Below, piece by piece: positions 11,688 to 23,364 of a stretch of DNA of 64,000 nucleotides. The notes beneath the pieces were generated by a model. It was given only the letters and a program-made list of their open reading frames with translations. It searched no databases and was not told the origin of the DNA. How positions within the stretch are numbered: position 1 is the stretch's first letter; each line of letters starts with the position of its first letter. The stretch is from contig SMSO01000033.1 in NCBI GenBank assembly GCA_004764695.1, positions 806,001 to 870,000 of the forward strand, given 5' to 3'. This DNA is from Schizochytrium sp. TIO01. Its lineage: Eukaryota > Protista > Bigyra: Labyrinthulomycetes. The position numbers and the translations under genes were made by a program.

Positions 11688-12714
11688 TTTGATGGGCTTT
11701 GTCTAGCTCTCTCGTTTGTTTACCCTTTTGCACGTCCCTCTATGCTTGCTGTACGATCCACTCGTGGCCCTTTGCGCTGATGATTATGGCAAGCATAACT
11801 AAGCTTGTACTGCTTGAATTTGTACGTGGTGCTTCAAGAATCAAATACCATTCTAGCCACTGTAGCAGCAAGAATCCACAAGACCGACAGTAAATACACC
11901 ATCACCAACCATTCTTTGAAAAGAAACCTGCAATGATATCACCGATCTTTAAAAACCTTATAACTGCGCTACAATCCCATACATAACACAATGACCTGTT
12001 TCTTGGTTCTCCTTTTCGTTTTCCTTTCTTTGTTTTAAAACAAATTCATTTGGCAGTATTTTCGCTTTTCTGCAGTGAAACTACTTTTGCCCTGCTCATG
12101 ATCATGAAAAAAAGTCTTGAGATATATTTAACAGGCATTCACTTTCAGTATGTGCCAATGGAGGGTAAGAGAGATGAGGGAGATTTAGAAGGAACTTATA
12201 TGTTCAGCAATAGAAGTACAAGTTACACTTGTGCAAAATTACAACTTAGGCCCCAAGCGAATACTTAAGATATCGAAATCATTAAGTTATATGGAGTATT
12301 GTTTTAGATTCTTATTTTTATTCTTTGTATTTTATTTTTACTGTCCATGGTGGATCTTAAATCCATTTGCATGAGTGTAATAAATTTACTTGTGACCTCC
12401 TTTATCAGTTGTTGCAGAGATGACACCACAGATGGAGCCATCCCATGTACTGGATTGCACAAAATCAAGGAAGCTAACACCAACAATAACAAGTACAGTT
12501 CGGTTGGAAAAAGCTCTTCAGGAGAAACACGCGCTTGCATATGCAAAACCTCTTCCTCTCTTCATCCATCCAAAGTACACATCACACCCTAGCACTCAGC
12601 CAGCTTACACGCATAAGATTTTGCTCAAACTCACATTGAGCATCCCTGGCAACCTCAGCCGATGTGGACAGAGTGCAGTAGGACAATGATAGTTGCTTTC
12701 TGCACTTGTCGGCT

Positions 12715-14991
12715 TTAAGTAAAGGTTTGAAAAGATGGAACTGTGGCACGTCGCGGGGCACGTAAACTAGCAGAGCGCTCCTTCATAGCACGATCGAGTG
12801 CAGAAGTAGGTCTATCCAAAGGAATGTGCATTTCATTATCTTCCTCATCATCAGTCGCATCCTGGTCATCAGCATCCTCGTCTTGGTCGTTTTCCTCCTC
12901 TGGTTGGGGCTGTGTATCGTGCCATTGGCGTGCAGCAGTAGAAGACTTGTCTTGTACATCGTTTTGTTTGCTGGTGGTACCAGCATCGCTCTGGGCAACT
13001 CCATTCATAGCCTGCTGATGCTGTTGGCTCATCATAGCTGCTGCTGCAAGATGCTGCGGCGAAAGCATTGCCGGAGCACCGTACATCGGATAAACAAAGG
13101 CGCCAGATGCGGCTGCAGCGGCAGCTCCCGCGTAAGGAGAGCCTGGAGCAACTACGGACCCCATAGGTGAAGAGGGCGGAGAAGAAGGCTGAAAATAGGT
13201 ACCATAGTACGCAGCGTGCAGGCTGAAATCCATGGCCCCTTGTTGGGCACCGGGTGTTGAGCCTGGGTAAAACATAGCAGGCATGTGCTGCCACGAAGGT
13301 GAAGCCTGACCTGCGTACATGATCGGTTGGGGCATGGGGAGCGCCCCGGTGTGAACGACGTTTGAGCGTGGGTTATTGGAGAACTTGCCCCAATCCAGAC
13401 GAATAGCCTGAGCTCCTAGCATCGTTCCTCGCAACGTATCGATTGCACGGCGAGCCTCTTCACGAGTGGAAAACTTCACAAATCCACAACCTTTGTTTGG
13501 AGGGATCTTAATGCTTTCAATGGTACCACAACACTCAAAATGGGATTGAATTGCTGTTGCATCTACCTTTGGGTCAAGGTTACCAATGAAAACTGTAGTA
13601 CGAGGAGGTGGCCTTCCACCATATAGAGCCGCAGCCGTAGCTTCATCAACGTCAGTTTCTTCATCCTCTTCATCGATGCGATCAGCATCCTTTGCTTCAT
13701 CAGTAGAAAGTTTCTCAGTTGTGCTATCAGTTACGATCTTATCAGTTGCAGATAAATCCGTGGCAGTGATGGCATGTGAAGACTTGCTTGCTGCAGAGGA
13801 CGAGCTAGTGACGGAGTTATGTGTAACATTTGTGACATCAACTTCGTCAGACTCGTGCGAAGCTTCCGATAGCGGAGAGCGGCGACCCTTCGCGGGCGAC
13901 GAACCTGCCATAGACATGCTACTGGAGGACGTTGAAGATGTACTTGCCATATTTCTAAGCATGTGCTGGCGGCGTGGACTATCAACACGAGATTCGTTGC
14001 CGCCGTCAGGACGTCGCGTAGCAGGTCCTACCCGGACCCGACGACCTGCAATCGATGTGTTTTGCATATTGTTAAGTGCATGTTGATAGTCGTCGTGTCT
14101 ACTGAAGCGGACAAATCCGTACCCCTTGCATGCACCAGTGTTACTGTCAAGGAGCACGTTGGCATCAACGCAGGAGTTGTACTTGCTTGCAAAGGCCTGT
14201 TTGAGAACTTCATTTGTTGTTTCGGGGCTGAGATCACCCACGTAGAGCGACAAATTGTGCCGAGAGCGGGGCTGCGACACAGGATCAGCCGTGGTGTTGA
14301 TATGGGGCATAGAGCTCGTAGACATCGAAGAGGTGGCTGAGGAAGCACTCCTAGACTCGATAGTTGGCTCTTCGGGGCCTGACTGATGCTGCTCATCTTG
14401 TTGTGGCTGGCTGTTAGCAGTGTTGCCATTACTATTGATGCTTCTACTGCTACCACTGCTCTGAATACGGCTGCGCAATCCCCAATTGAGCCTGTAGAAA
14501 ATATTCGTGCCAGGGATAGGGCTTCCGTTCAAGCTCTCAAGGACATGCTTCGCAGCTGCGTGGGTGCGAAACTCAATAAAGGCGTATCCAGAGGGAAGAC
14601 CGGAGGTGGCGTTACGCATAAGCCGCACGCGCACGACATCACCCGCACTTGCGAAGACATTGTACAGTTGCGCTTCGCTCCAAGAGGACTGAATTGAGCC
14701 CATCCAAAGCGTGCGAGCCTCATTGGAAGGCTGTTGATTGGTGTTGGTATTCTGATTTTGATGGGAACCACGATGGTGGTTGCTGGAGTTGCGTCCATTT
14801 CCATGATTGTTCTGTCTCGACCGGTTACGGTGGTGACTTGAGCCGTCACCACGGGCAGGCTGAGCTCCCTTGCGGGGCTGCGCCGCTGTCATTCCTGAAG
14901 CGGGTGGTACTGCTGTTGCTTTCTCTTGCTGTGGTTCTGTAGTTCCTACGTTTGCTGATGCTGATGTTGACAGTGATTCTTGTACGCTCAT
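12715..14991 (-). CDS. Three-RRM RNA-binding protein, Nam8/Ngr1/RBP45-47/TRNAU1AP family
   Basis: RRM1 TLWMG...GYAFIEF...YRLNWG; RRM2 LYVGDLSPE...CKGYGFVRF; RRM3 TTVFIGNLD...KGCGFVKF...IRLDWGK; low-complexity linkers. Confidence 0.88.
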   Translation of the reverse strand: MSVQESLSTSASANVGTTEPQQEKATAVPPASGMTAAQPRKGAQPARGDGSSHHRNRSRQNNHGNGRNSSNHHRGSHQNQNTNTNQQPSNEARTLWMGSIQSSWSEAQLYNVFASAGDVVRVRLMRNATSGLPSGYAFIEFRTHAAAKHVLESLNGSPIPGTNIFYRLNWGLRSRIQSSGSSRSINSNGNTANSQPQQDEQHQSGPEEPTIESRSASSATSSMSTSSMPHINTTADPVSQPRSRHNLSLYVGDLSPETTNEVLKQAFASKYNSCVDANVLLDSNTGACKGYGFVRFSRHDDYQHALNNMQNTSIAGRRVRVGPATRRPDGGNESRVDSPRRQHMLRNMASTSSTSSSSMSMAGSSPAKGRRSPLSEASHESDEVDVTNVTHNSVTSSSSAASKSSHAITATDLSATDKIVTDSTTEKLSTDEAKDADRIDEEDEETDVDEATAAALYGGRPPPRTTVFIGNLDPKVDATAIQSHFECCGTIESIKIPPNKGCGFVKFSTREEARRAIDTLRGTMLGAQAIRLDWGKFSNNPRSNVVHTGALPMPQPIMYAGQASPSWQHMPAMFYPGSTPGAQQGAMDFSLHAAYYGTYFQPSSPPSSPMGSVVAPGSPYAGAAAAAASGAFVYPMYGAPAMLSPQHLAAAAMMSQQHQQAMNGVAQSDAGTTSKQNDVQDKSSTAARQWHDTQPQPEEENDQDEDADDQDATDDEEDNEMHIPLDRPTSALDRAMKERSASLRAPRRATVPSFQTFT

Positions 14992-15810
14992 TCCTTCAAC
15001 CCTATGAGGCCCAACACGCTCGTTGACTTTGGCGTTTAGGATTCGAGAGAGAGCTGGAAAACGTAGTTTGTGTCACAGTTTGTGCTGTTCAAGAAAGGTT
15101 GACAAGAGTCCACAAGGAGCAACCTTCGTGTGCAGGAGCCCAACTTAAGATAGCACTCTTGTTCCCAGGGTCAACGTTTTCAGATAATCTTCTCCACGCT
15201 ACGGCAAAAGGATCCGCGAGCTAATTCTCTTCACAAGAACCCGTAACCTTTTATAAACGAGAGATCTATCGTCACAATCCAAGCAGTACGAATCAAAACC
15301 AAGCTGGCGCTTCTATACTTGGCCAAGACACGTCGTTTTGCCTTTGAGCCTTCCTTGCACAGCTCACAGCTTCCGGCCGAACCACACTGCTTCACAACCG
15401 GTTGATTGTTGCAACGAGGATAACACGAGAGTCAAGAGCTTTCCAATTGATTGAGTGATCGATCGATGATCAATCTATCAATTGTCGATTGCCTCAGCAA
15501 ACGATCGAGGCAATGTCCTGACTGAGTGAATTAAAGCTATGTATGCAGTAACAAGGCAGCACAAGCACAGGTGCAGAGCTATACTCTATAGTACTAGCAG
15601 TACTGCGCGTGCACACCAAGGCAATGACGGCGGTCGCCCTCTTGAGTCCACAAGACCTTGCTCAGTTGCTCTTACGGCTGACAGGCGCTCAAAGGCTTTC
15701 ACAGCCTGATTTATTGAGCTCTATGGCCTCTGCCCGTCTCCACCAAGCTCCAGCAGGTGCTTGCGAGCGTGTACGGGGGGCGTCGAGGACGGTCGATTTG
15801 TAGTACTAGA

Positions 15811-15894
15811 AGTGAATGAGTGAGTGAGTGAACGAGTGAGTGAATGAGTGAATGAGTGAGTGAATGAGTGAATGAGTGAATGAGTGAATGAATG
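15811..15894. repeat. (TGAG/TGAA)n compound tetranucleotide microsatellite
   Basis: Direct reading: agtgaatgagtgagtgagtg...tgagtgaatgaatg. Confidence 0.95.
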
Positions 15895-17443
15895 CCGCGC
15901 GTGCAGGAAAGCAAGCGCGAACTTGTGAAGAGGTCAGCAAGACCTCCGGCCTCGAGGAAAGACTTGGGGTTTGCAAGTGGGCTCAAAACCGTTTTCCTGG
16001 ACGCTCAACTTTCCTTGACTAGAGGAGGATTGCGCGATGACTGAGGTTGCGAGAGAGGCACGAGTGCAGATTGCGCGATGATGATGTGCACCACATCGAG
16101 TTAGTTAGCTATTGTTAAAGAAAAGTTTTTAGGTACTTAATCTAGAGTGCACAGTACCAATAGAAATTGATGATACACGTGTGCTCGAAACCACTGGAGA
16201 AAGTAGCAAGAATATTATGATATACCCTGTATAGATCCTGTCAAATCATTTCCTTGACTTATGGAAACGAGAGGTGGACGAATGTTGAGAGGGAGGTAAG
16301 TATGGCTTTTTTCAATTTTGTACTTTCTATTCTTTCAGAGTCCCTTTTTATTTGATTTGACTACATATTTATATATTTATTTATTTTTAAATTTCATTTT
16401 TTTTTATATAGGCCCTGCTAAATATGTAAACTTAATAATAATAATGTAATAATAAATATTTAAAACTTGACATAATTTAAAAATAGACTATCATTACACG
16501 TTCTATGTAAGAATATGGTAAGTATAGATTTAGATTAAATTATTCTTCGGTTATTTTTATCTTTTCAAATCTTTATTTTTATTTTTGTATCAATAGGTTA
16601 TTACGTAGAGATAACTTAGCCAGAAAAGAATGTACAGAGACAAAAGATGTACTTGCGATTGGGCACACAAAGAATCGACGGCAAGATAGTTATGCTATTA
16701 TGTGCCACTTGCCTTGTTGAACTCGACAGTAAGTAGCTTTACTCCTTCACTATGCCAAGCTACAATGTTTTCATAAATGGGTATGGTATTTGGGTGAGCC
16801 TTGATTGGGTCCGATTCGAGGTCAAGAAGTAGTCACCAATGTTGCAAATGTTAAATTTCAAGGCTGGGCTATAAGGGAGGACATCGACACAATGCATCCA
16901 ACAACATAATACGATGTCATTCTCCTACTACAGAGCAACGCAGTTGTCTTTGAATTGAGCTTCTTCAGCTTCTGCAGGGCGACAATTTGGTTGAAAACAC
17001 CTCTCTACCTTCTCTTAGGCAGGTACGTACCGTTTTGAAATTTTTAATCCCTAGTCCCTGATCCCTATAATTCACATATGTTTCAAAATAATAAATAAAA
17101 CTAGCATCACGAATCCAGGTAATGTGGGTTAAAATTAATTTTAAAAATTATGATGAAGTAGAAAGAAAACAAACCTTTTCACAAATGGCAAGAATTTCGC
17201 TGTACACAGCAAACGAGCGTGAGGAATTGTAAATCCATCCCACTGCCTATATTGCCAGCAAATTTGAATAACACAACCAGTAGGGAGTGAAGAAAGCAAG
17301 AACAGTAACGTGAAGCTCATATCTACCGTTACCTGTCTTCTTTGTGTTGAGAAGTTGCGCGGTGGAATGCACTTTCCAGATATAAATTCATTAAAACCTG
17401 GAAACATCACAGTACCTACCAGTATTATTTAAAATTAAAATAA

Positions 17444-17445
<2 letters not shown>

Positions 17446-17483
<38 letters not shown>

Positions 17484-17519
17484 CTTATCTATTTATTTAT
17501 TTATTTATTTATTTATTTA
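17446..17519. repeat. (TA)n followed by (TTTA)n microsatellite
   Basis: Direct reading. Confidence 0.95.
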
Positions 17520-19446
17520 GAGTATTTAGAATATTTTTAAAAGCAATGCCTTGAAGCAAAAGTCAAACCCACAGTCTCGAGTGGAGGGCCGCACCTTGAA
17601 AATAAGAAAGGAATTCACTCCTGCTCTCTCCTGGCAGTCTCGTTCGTGTTTCTTCACAGAACAGAACATTGCGTAGATGATACCATTGCTTGCGTTGTAG
17701 AGGTGAAGAGCACCACACATAGGACGGGCATAACCATCACTCTGGTTAACCAAAAGCTTGTTCGTGTGCAAGTATAGCAATGTTTACTCCACCCTGAAGG
17801 ATTGAAGCACAAATTGTCTCCAAAGTACTTTAAGATGGTCCTTTAAAAGAATTTACCTCCTAGCACGAGTGATCAATGTGCACAGCATTTTTAGCCCTGG
17901 TTTTACATACTAAGTATGTGTGACTCGATTGCATTCTTGATCTTAAGGGAGGAAGAAACGAGGTTTGATAAAGAGCTATGCATTTGTGCAGGTTGTTCAA
18001 TTTCACGGAGACGTGCACGCGCCCAAGAATTATCCCACTAAGGCCGCACAAGAGCCTCCTTGGTGTGCAACTTAGCAGGACCTCGAACAGGATTGCAGGG
18101 CCAACTGCAGTGATATTGCTGATAAATTGAAATGTCTGATACCGCCGTCTTTCATTCATCGATTGTGTATTCTTCTCTGCTTGCTTAAATGTCGAAGCTG
18201 AGCTCATCGCTGTAGTCAAGCGATATGCGTTTCTTCGTCATGAAAATTCTTTGCCCTAATTTTGGGCTGCTCCTCTGCCAGCCTGCAATGTTCACCATTC
18301 ATTGAGAACAATCTAATCCAGAGCATCTCCGTCTTGGCTATTGTCGTACTCGTACTCTGCAACACCTCAACAGCAATATATGAAACGAACGAAAATTGGG
18401 TCTCGACACCTTTTTAGACACCATTTGCGTGGCATCGCTTCCTGACAGAGATCGCTGGGACTTTCCTACGCTCACAGAGCTGTCTGTCAGCTTCTCCAAA
18501 TAAAAAATATTAGTTTGGCTTCAGAATCAGGCTGCATTTGAGAGATTTGATCTCTCGAGTTGAAATCCAATGAGCTGCCTAGAGATACGTTCGCGTATAA
18601 GTGCCTATAATATTTTACGAGCCCAAGGGGAACTTACACGCGTGCTGCAAACCTCCGAGGTCTGCGTGTGTGGACAGTGTGTACCTCCCTCCACCCTGCA
18701 AGTTGAATTTCATGATTATTCAACTCTTTGAAATGATTTCCTTTTTTCTTATTTTCTTTTTAAATTAATTCATTATAAATAAATGAATAAATGGATATTT
18801 CAAGATTAGAATGAGATATAAAGATATGAAGTGATACATGTTGATTTTAAAACACCGCCTATATGAGACAGCTGTCTGCATCTTCGTTGCATAGCTCATT
18901 TCTGATCGCTTCAGAGAATTGAAACTTAGACAGTCAAAGCTGAAAACTAAAGGGAATTATAGATTTTGAAGTTTCAAACTGGCGGTGGATAAAGAAAAGT
19001 GAGATTTGATAAAGTGAGAAGTTAAGGTGTGAAAGAGCAATACAGCGTAGTAATACTACTATTCTAAATAGAGAGATAGAGAATGCATAATACTTTAGGA
19101 TTAGGTAGAGAAAACGACATGTACTTCAATGATAATAAACTGAAAGAACATTGCGATGCCATTGATGCTCTCTTTTAAATTCTAGCTTTACTTATATATC
19201 ATATACCTTTCGAATTGATGCCGCGAGGCTGCACACCAGTTAAGCAATGGTGACAATCCTAACTAAGAGCTCTTCAGAGTGCGTAAAGTCAAAATTGCCG
19301 CACGCGGCTCACTTTATGACAATAAACGAACATCTACTTACAAAAACATGGTTCTAGCACTTTTAATTCAATAATTATTTTTATTTACTTATTTCCTTTA
19401 TATTTGAATAGTCATGGTGTTTATGACGATAAAAACATATTTAAAG

Positions 19447-19472
19447 GAAAAGAAAAGAAAAGAAAAGAAAAG
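19447..19472. repeat. (GAAAA)n short tandem repeat
   Basis: Direct reading. Confidence 0.85.
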
Positions 19473-21681
19473 GTCTGATGAAAAACTAAAAGAAAGGAAT
19501 CCATAGGTACCAGAAACAGATAAGGTTCAGACACACACGTGTAGAATACCCCAGTCGTGCACGCGCGGAGAGATATCTGGTGCCATATATTAGCAGTTTG
19601 GTGAGCTGCGGCTCCCGAAGGGGTATAGAAGCTATTTTAGTGGCACGAGCCTCAAATCTCAGAATGGGGTGTTACTAGGAGGTATGCTACTGTGAGTGCT
19701 AATAGTACGAAAGAGAAACCCAGAGTAACTTCAATATTTAGTATCGGTAATCATGTCAGTGTTGCTCCAGCAGAGCACTTCGAAATGGAGGTACTAGGCA
19801 CTAGGCACTACTTATTGCGCTTCCGCTGGAGGTTGCAAGCTTGTGTGAACACAGGAAGCTCTGTTTCAGAGTAGCGGAGCTCCCTTTAATTTTTAAAGCC
19901 GCTGAGTCTTTGAAATAGGATGGAGGTTTAAACTCTATGACCTCATCGCCTTTATCAGATAACTGCTAAGACTTAGGTTCTCCCAACTTCCGGCAAAGCT
20001 CCACTTGCACCTCTCACTTTTGCACACACCCTGATCTGGACAATGGGCGGTATCAACATTGTTGCTGAGTCTTTTCTGTAGGTGAGAACGATTTGGTATA
20101 CGCGATTGCTCAGATTAGCATGGGAAGCGTCATTTTGAAATATATTTGGAGTGGGGGGGGCAGAACATAGCCACCGGTGTGTAGCAAATATCTAGCTAGA
20201 GTAGCTAAAATTGCACATCAATTTCTTATTAGATGAGAAAAATAGAAAATACTCAAGCACATTATTAAGGAAGCAATGATCTCATGTTACTGACTTTGCG
20301 TTGTTCAATGTGATTATCTTTCAAGGTAAAATCGATAATAACAGGTGTGGCATCTATCGATGATGAGATGCAATCTTTCATTGCATTCTAAAAGGAGCCA
20401 CTCAATTCTGAGACTTACAGAGAATGACGTATCGGTTTACGCTGACGTCACAGACGATGATTACAACACCTTTACCTGCGGAACCTAGCAGTACACATAG
20501 CTTCAAAAGCAAGGGCAAAGCAAAGAACTATAGATTCAACAGTTGCCATGGCTAAGCATCAATTTCTCGTTTCACACCTTAGAGATGTTACAAACTTAAA
20601 TGTATTCCCTCGCAGTGTAGAGGACCATAGAAACAGATTTGTTGATATTCCAGGGTTCTCATATGTCTTCTGTGCGATTAATGACAGATAATTAACTGAT
20701 CTTTGCCTTTAGGCCAAAATACTGTAGTGAATGAACTGCTTCGCCATCAAAAGTTCTAAGAACTGCTCAATAAAGACAGCTTAGTGCTATTAGATGAATC
20801 TAATCATCTTGCAGATTAAATGACTCCAAGCAGCGCTATAAACCGTTAAACCCCTCTAGACTTACCTCCAGCATGGTCATGGTAAAACTTGCTATCATTT
20901 CAAAACATTGGAATTCTTCGGAGCGTATGCGATTGATAAATAAGCTTCCCTGAGGCACTATTAAGTAAGCGTATCGCGGGCCCTAGAGTAAAGATACAAA
21001 TTAGATCATGTTCGTACTCCAGATTTTGCGGAAATTTGTTTAGTAAAGTAAAGGAGCAAGACGAAACGTAATTAGCCTCGGAGAGGAAATATAAGAAACT
21101 AAAGACGCGAGAAAAGTAAGATCAGCTTGGTTATTTTGCAGTTTACAGTGATTAACTAGGATGCACTCCTTGGGGGGTTGGAAATGTGCATATATTTATT
21201 CAGCGAAATACTCTCAATCGCCTGTGCTGAAGTCTGAAGCACGTAGATTAAGGCATTGAGCGTTTTCGCATCTCAATAAGGTCCTTAGACCTGATATTCA
21301 CTCTAAAAGTATAGTGGTAGAGATAAAGTGGGGATCTGAGCAGTACCTCGCCAAACTCCAAAAGCGGAAAAACCTGTCTATTTCTGGTGAGAGAATTTTC
21401 TAGCCATTCAGTTAAATACTCATAAACTATAACCTTCGAAGGATGGTTAACTCTAATCGTTCTAGTTTCAAGTCTGACATTTAAAAATATTGACAAGAAA
21501 CAAAAGGTAGATGCTGATTTTTTTAAAAACAAAGATTGGAAAAATAATAGACGAAGAAAGAGAAGAAAGAGAAGAAAGCGACCGTTCCAGGGCGAAACTT
21601 GGCCCGACAAACTTAGCCAAGTACAAAATGCTGCCTCACTTGGTACAACAAATAAAATGGGGATGAGACATGTTAATCTCC

Positions 21682-22444
21682 TTACACAATTGTACAGCAG
21701 CCACCATTAGACCCGGCCTCTGATTGAGTGGATGCCGTCATATATGGAGAAGATGCCTTCTTCGAGAGTGCATTGACAGGGTCTTTTAACTCCTTAAGTC
21801 TCTTCTTGTCATGCAAGCATGTGTCTGCAGCAAGATCAAAGATCTTGTCAATATTATACATTTCCTTTGCAGAGGACGCTACAAACCCTACAGCGCCTAG
21901 CTCCTTGGCTAATTTTTCGAGTTCTGCGCGTGTATAGCCCAACGCCTCTTCGTTCAACAAATCATGTTTTGTACCTACAAGAATAAATGGGGTGTCTGGA
22001 CAATGGTGACGGATTTCTGGGTACCATTTGTTCTGCGCATTAAACAAAGAGCGGTCTCCTGTGAGTGAGAAACAAACCAGGAAAATGTCTGTTCCTGGAT
22101 ACGAGATGGGCCGCAAGTGCTATTTTTATACAAGATATAGTGGTCCCTGAACAGTCAGCTCCCTATTTAAATTTGCTATTATTTCCGTCAAGCAGCAGCA
22201 TGTAAATTAAACTTACATCATATTCTTCTTGCCCAGCAGTATCCCACAAGGTCATCAGGTAGTTATCGCCATCCACTTTGACAACTTTCTCAAAATTGTC
22301 GAACACCGTCGGAACGTACTCCGAAGGGAACCTTCCCCACGAATAACTAATTAAGAGACTTGTCTTGCCGATCGCGCCGTCTCCAACAATCACAATTTTT
22401 AGACTACCCAGAGGGTCTTCCTCTTGCGCAGGAGGGGAATGCAT
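21682..22444 (-). CDS. Rho/Rac-family small GTPase, two exons: join(22444..22217, 22119..21682), about 221 aa
   Basis: G1 GDGAIGKT, effector loop YVPTVFDN, G3 [10 protein letters not shown]|HLRPISYP restored by splicing, G4 GTKHD, G5 SAKE, C-terminal CCTIV CaaX box. Confidence 0.92.
22120..22216 (-). other. 97-nt phase-0 spliceosomal intron in the Rho GTPase gene
   Basis: Minus strand donor GAT|GTAAGT at 22216 and acceptor AATAG|CAC at 22120; removal joins EEYD to HLRPISYP, matching the family consensus EEYDRLRPLSYP. Confidence 0.9.
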
Positions 22445-23364
22445 TTTTAGAAAGTATCAGGGGAATGATTGAAATAGAGAATGACAGAAGTAAAAGTCTT
22501 CGTCGCCGTGCGTCTATGCAACTTTCACGGAACAATAACAATTCGCTTCTTCAGATTTTCAATCAGCACCTCCTCTATTGTGCAAAACCTCAGTAAGCTT
22601 GTTCCAGCGTCTTGATCTTCTAAGCGCTTCGGCTTTTCCCAGCCTTTTCAGAAAAAGTTGTACCTAAAGTAAAGCACTCTTCTAGCACGTGCAGCCTGGT
22701 GTGCATGCGACTCACACAACACGGAAACTTCTGAAAGCCCCGTAGCTGCACCTAGCGTGAATGAAAACCACGAGACGAGAGCAGTGTCGCAGAGTCCCCG
22801 CTTCTTGCCTGAGAAAATGAAACCTTATTCTAGTCCAGACTTCCACCAGTTCTCCTGCCTTCACGCGATTCGGATTTGCTTTTTATGGAGGTGCTTCCTT
22901 GCCTCCCTTTTTCTTTTCCTTAGTTTACTTCCCTTATAGCTTTGAATGTATCATAGAAGGTAGGTGCCTAGTAGTTAATAGGTGAGGTTAGCGTGACACT
23001 GTTTGTACATTTTTTACTGCACTTGTCTCAGAAATAGTCTACTTTATGAGATTATATCCTATTATATTTCTGAACTGAGTATCCCAGAATATTACAGTCT
23101 CTTACAATAAAATAAATGTAAAATAAATGCTCTGATGTATGATTATTAAAAATGAGCATGAACTCGAAGGGAAATTAACTAACGATCGTAGTTGACACAG
23201 GCACAAGCAAATTAGAAAGCACGAGACAAGGTCTCGCTGCAGGTACTAAATTTGTCATTCGTAGTTGTGGATTTCGCCTGTCTTGGAGATCGCGGTAGAA
23301 CGCTCGTCAATGGGTTTCAACGGGTGGTAATGCAGGCAGACGAAGCAGCGGTTGGCAAAGGACC

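Noticed and set aside
15711-15986. ORF with HSLI/HSLT repeats
   Set aside because: Translation of the (TGAG/TGAA)n microsatellite
16850-16900. Minus-strand LPYSPAL resembling the Tc1/IS630 LPPYSPDLNPIE motif
   Set aside because: Too short, NPIE absent, no flanking DDE motifs or terminal inverted repeats
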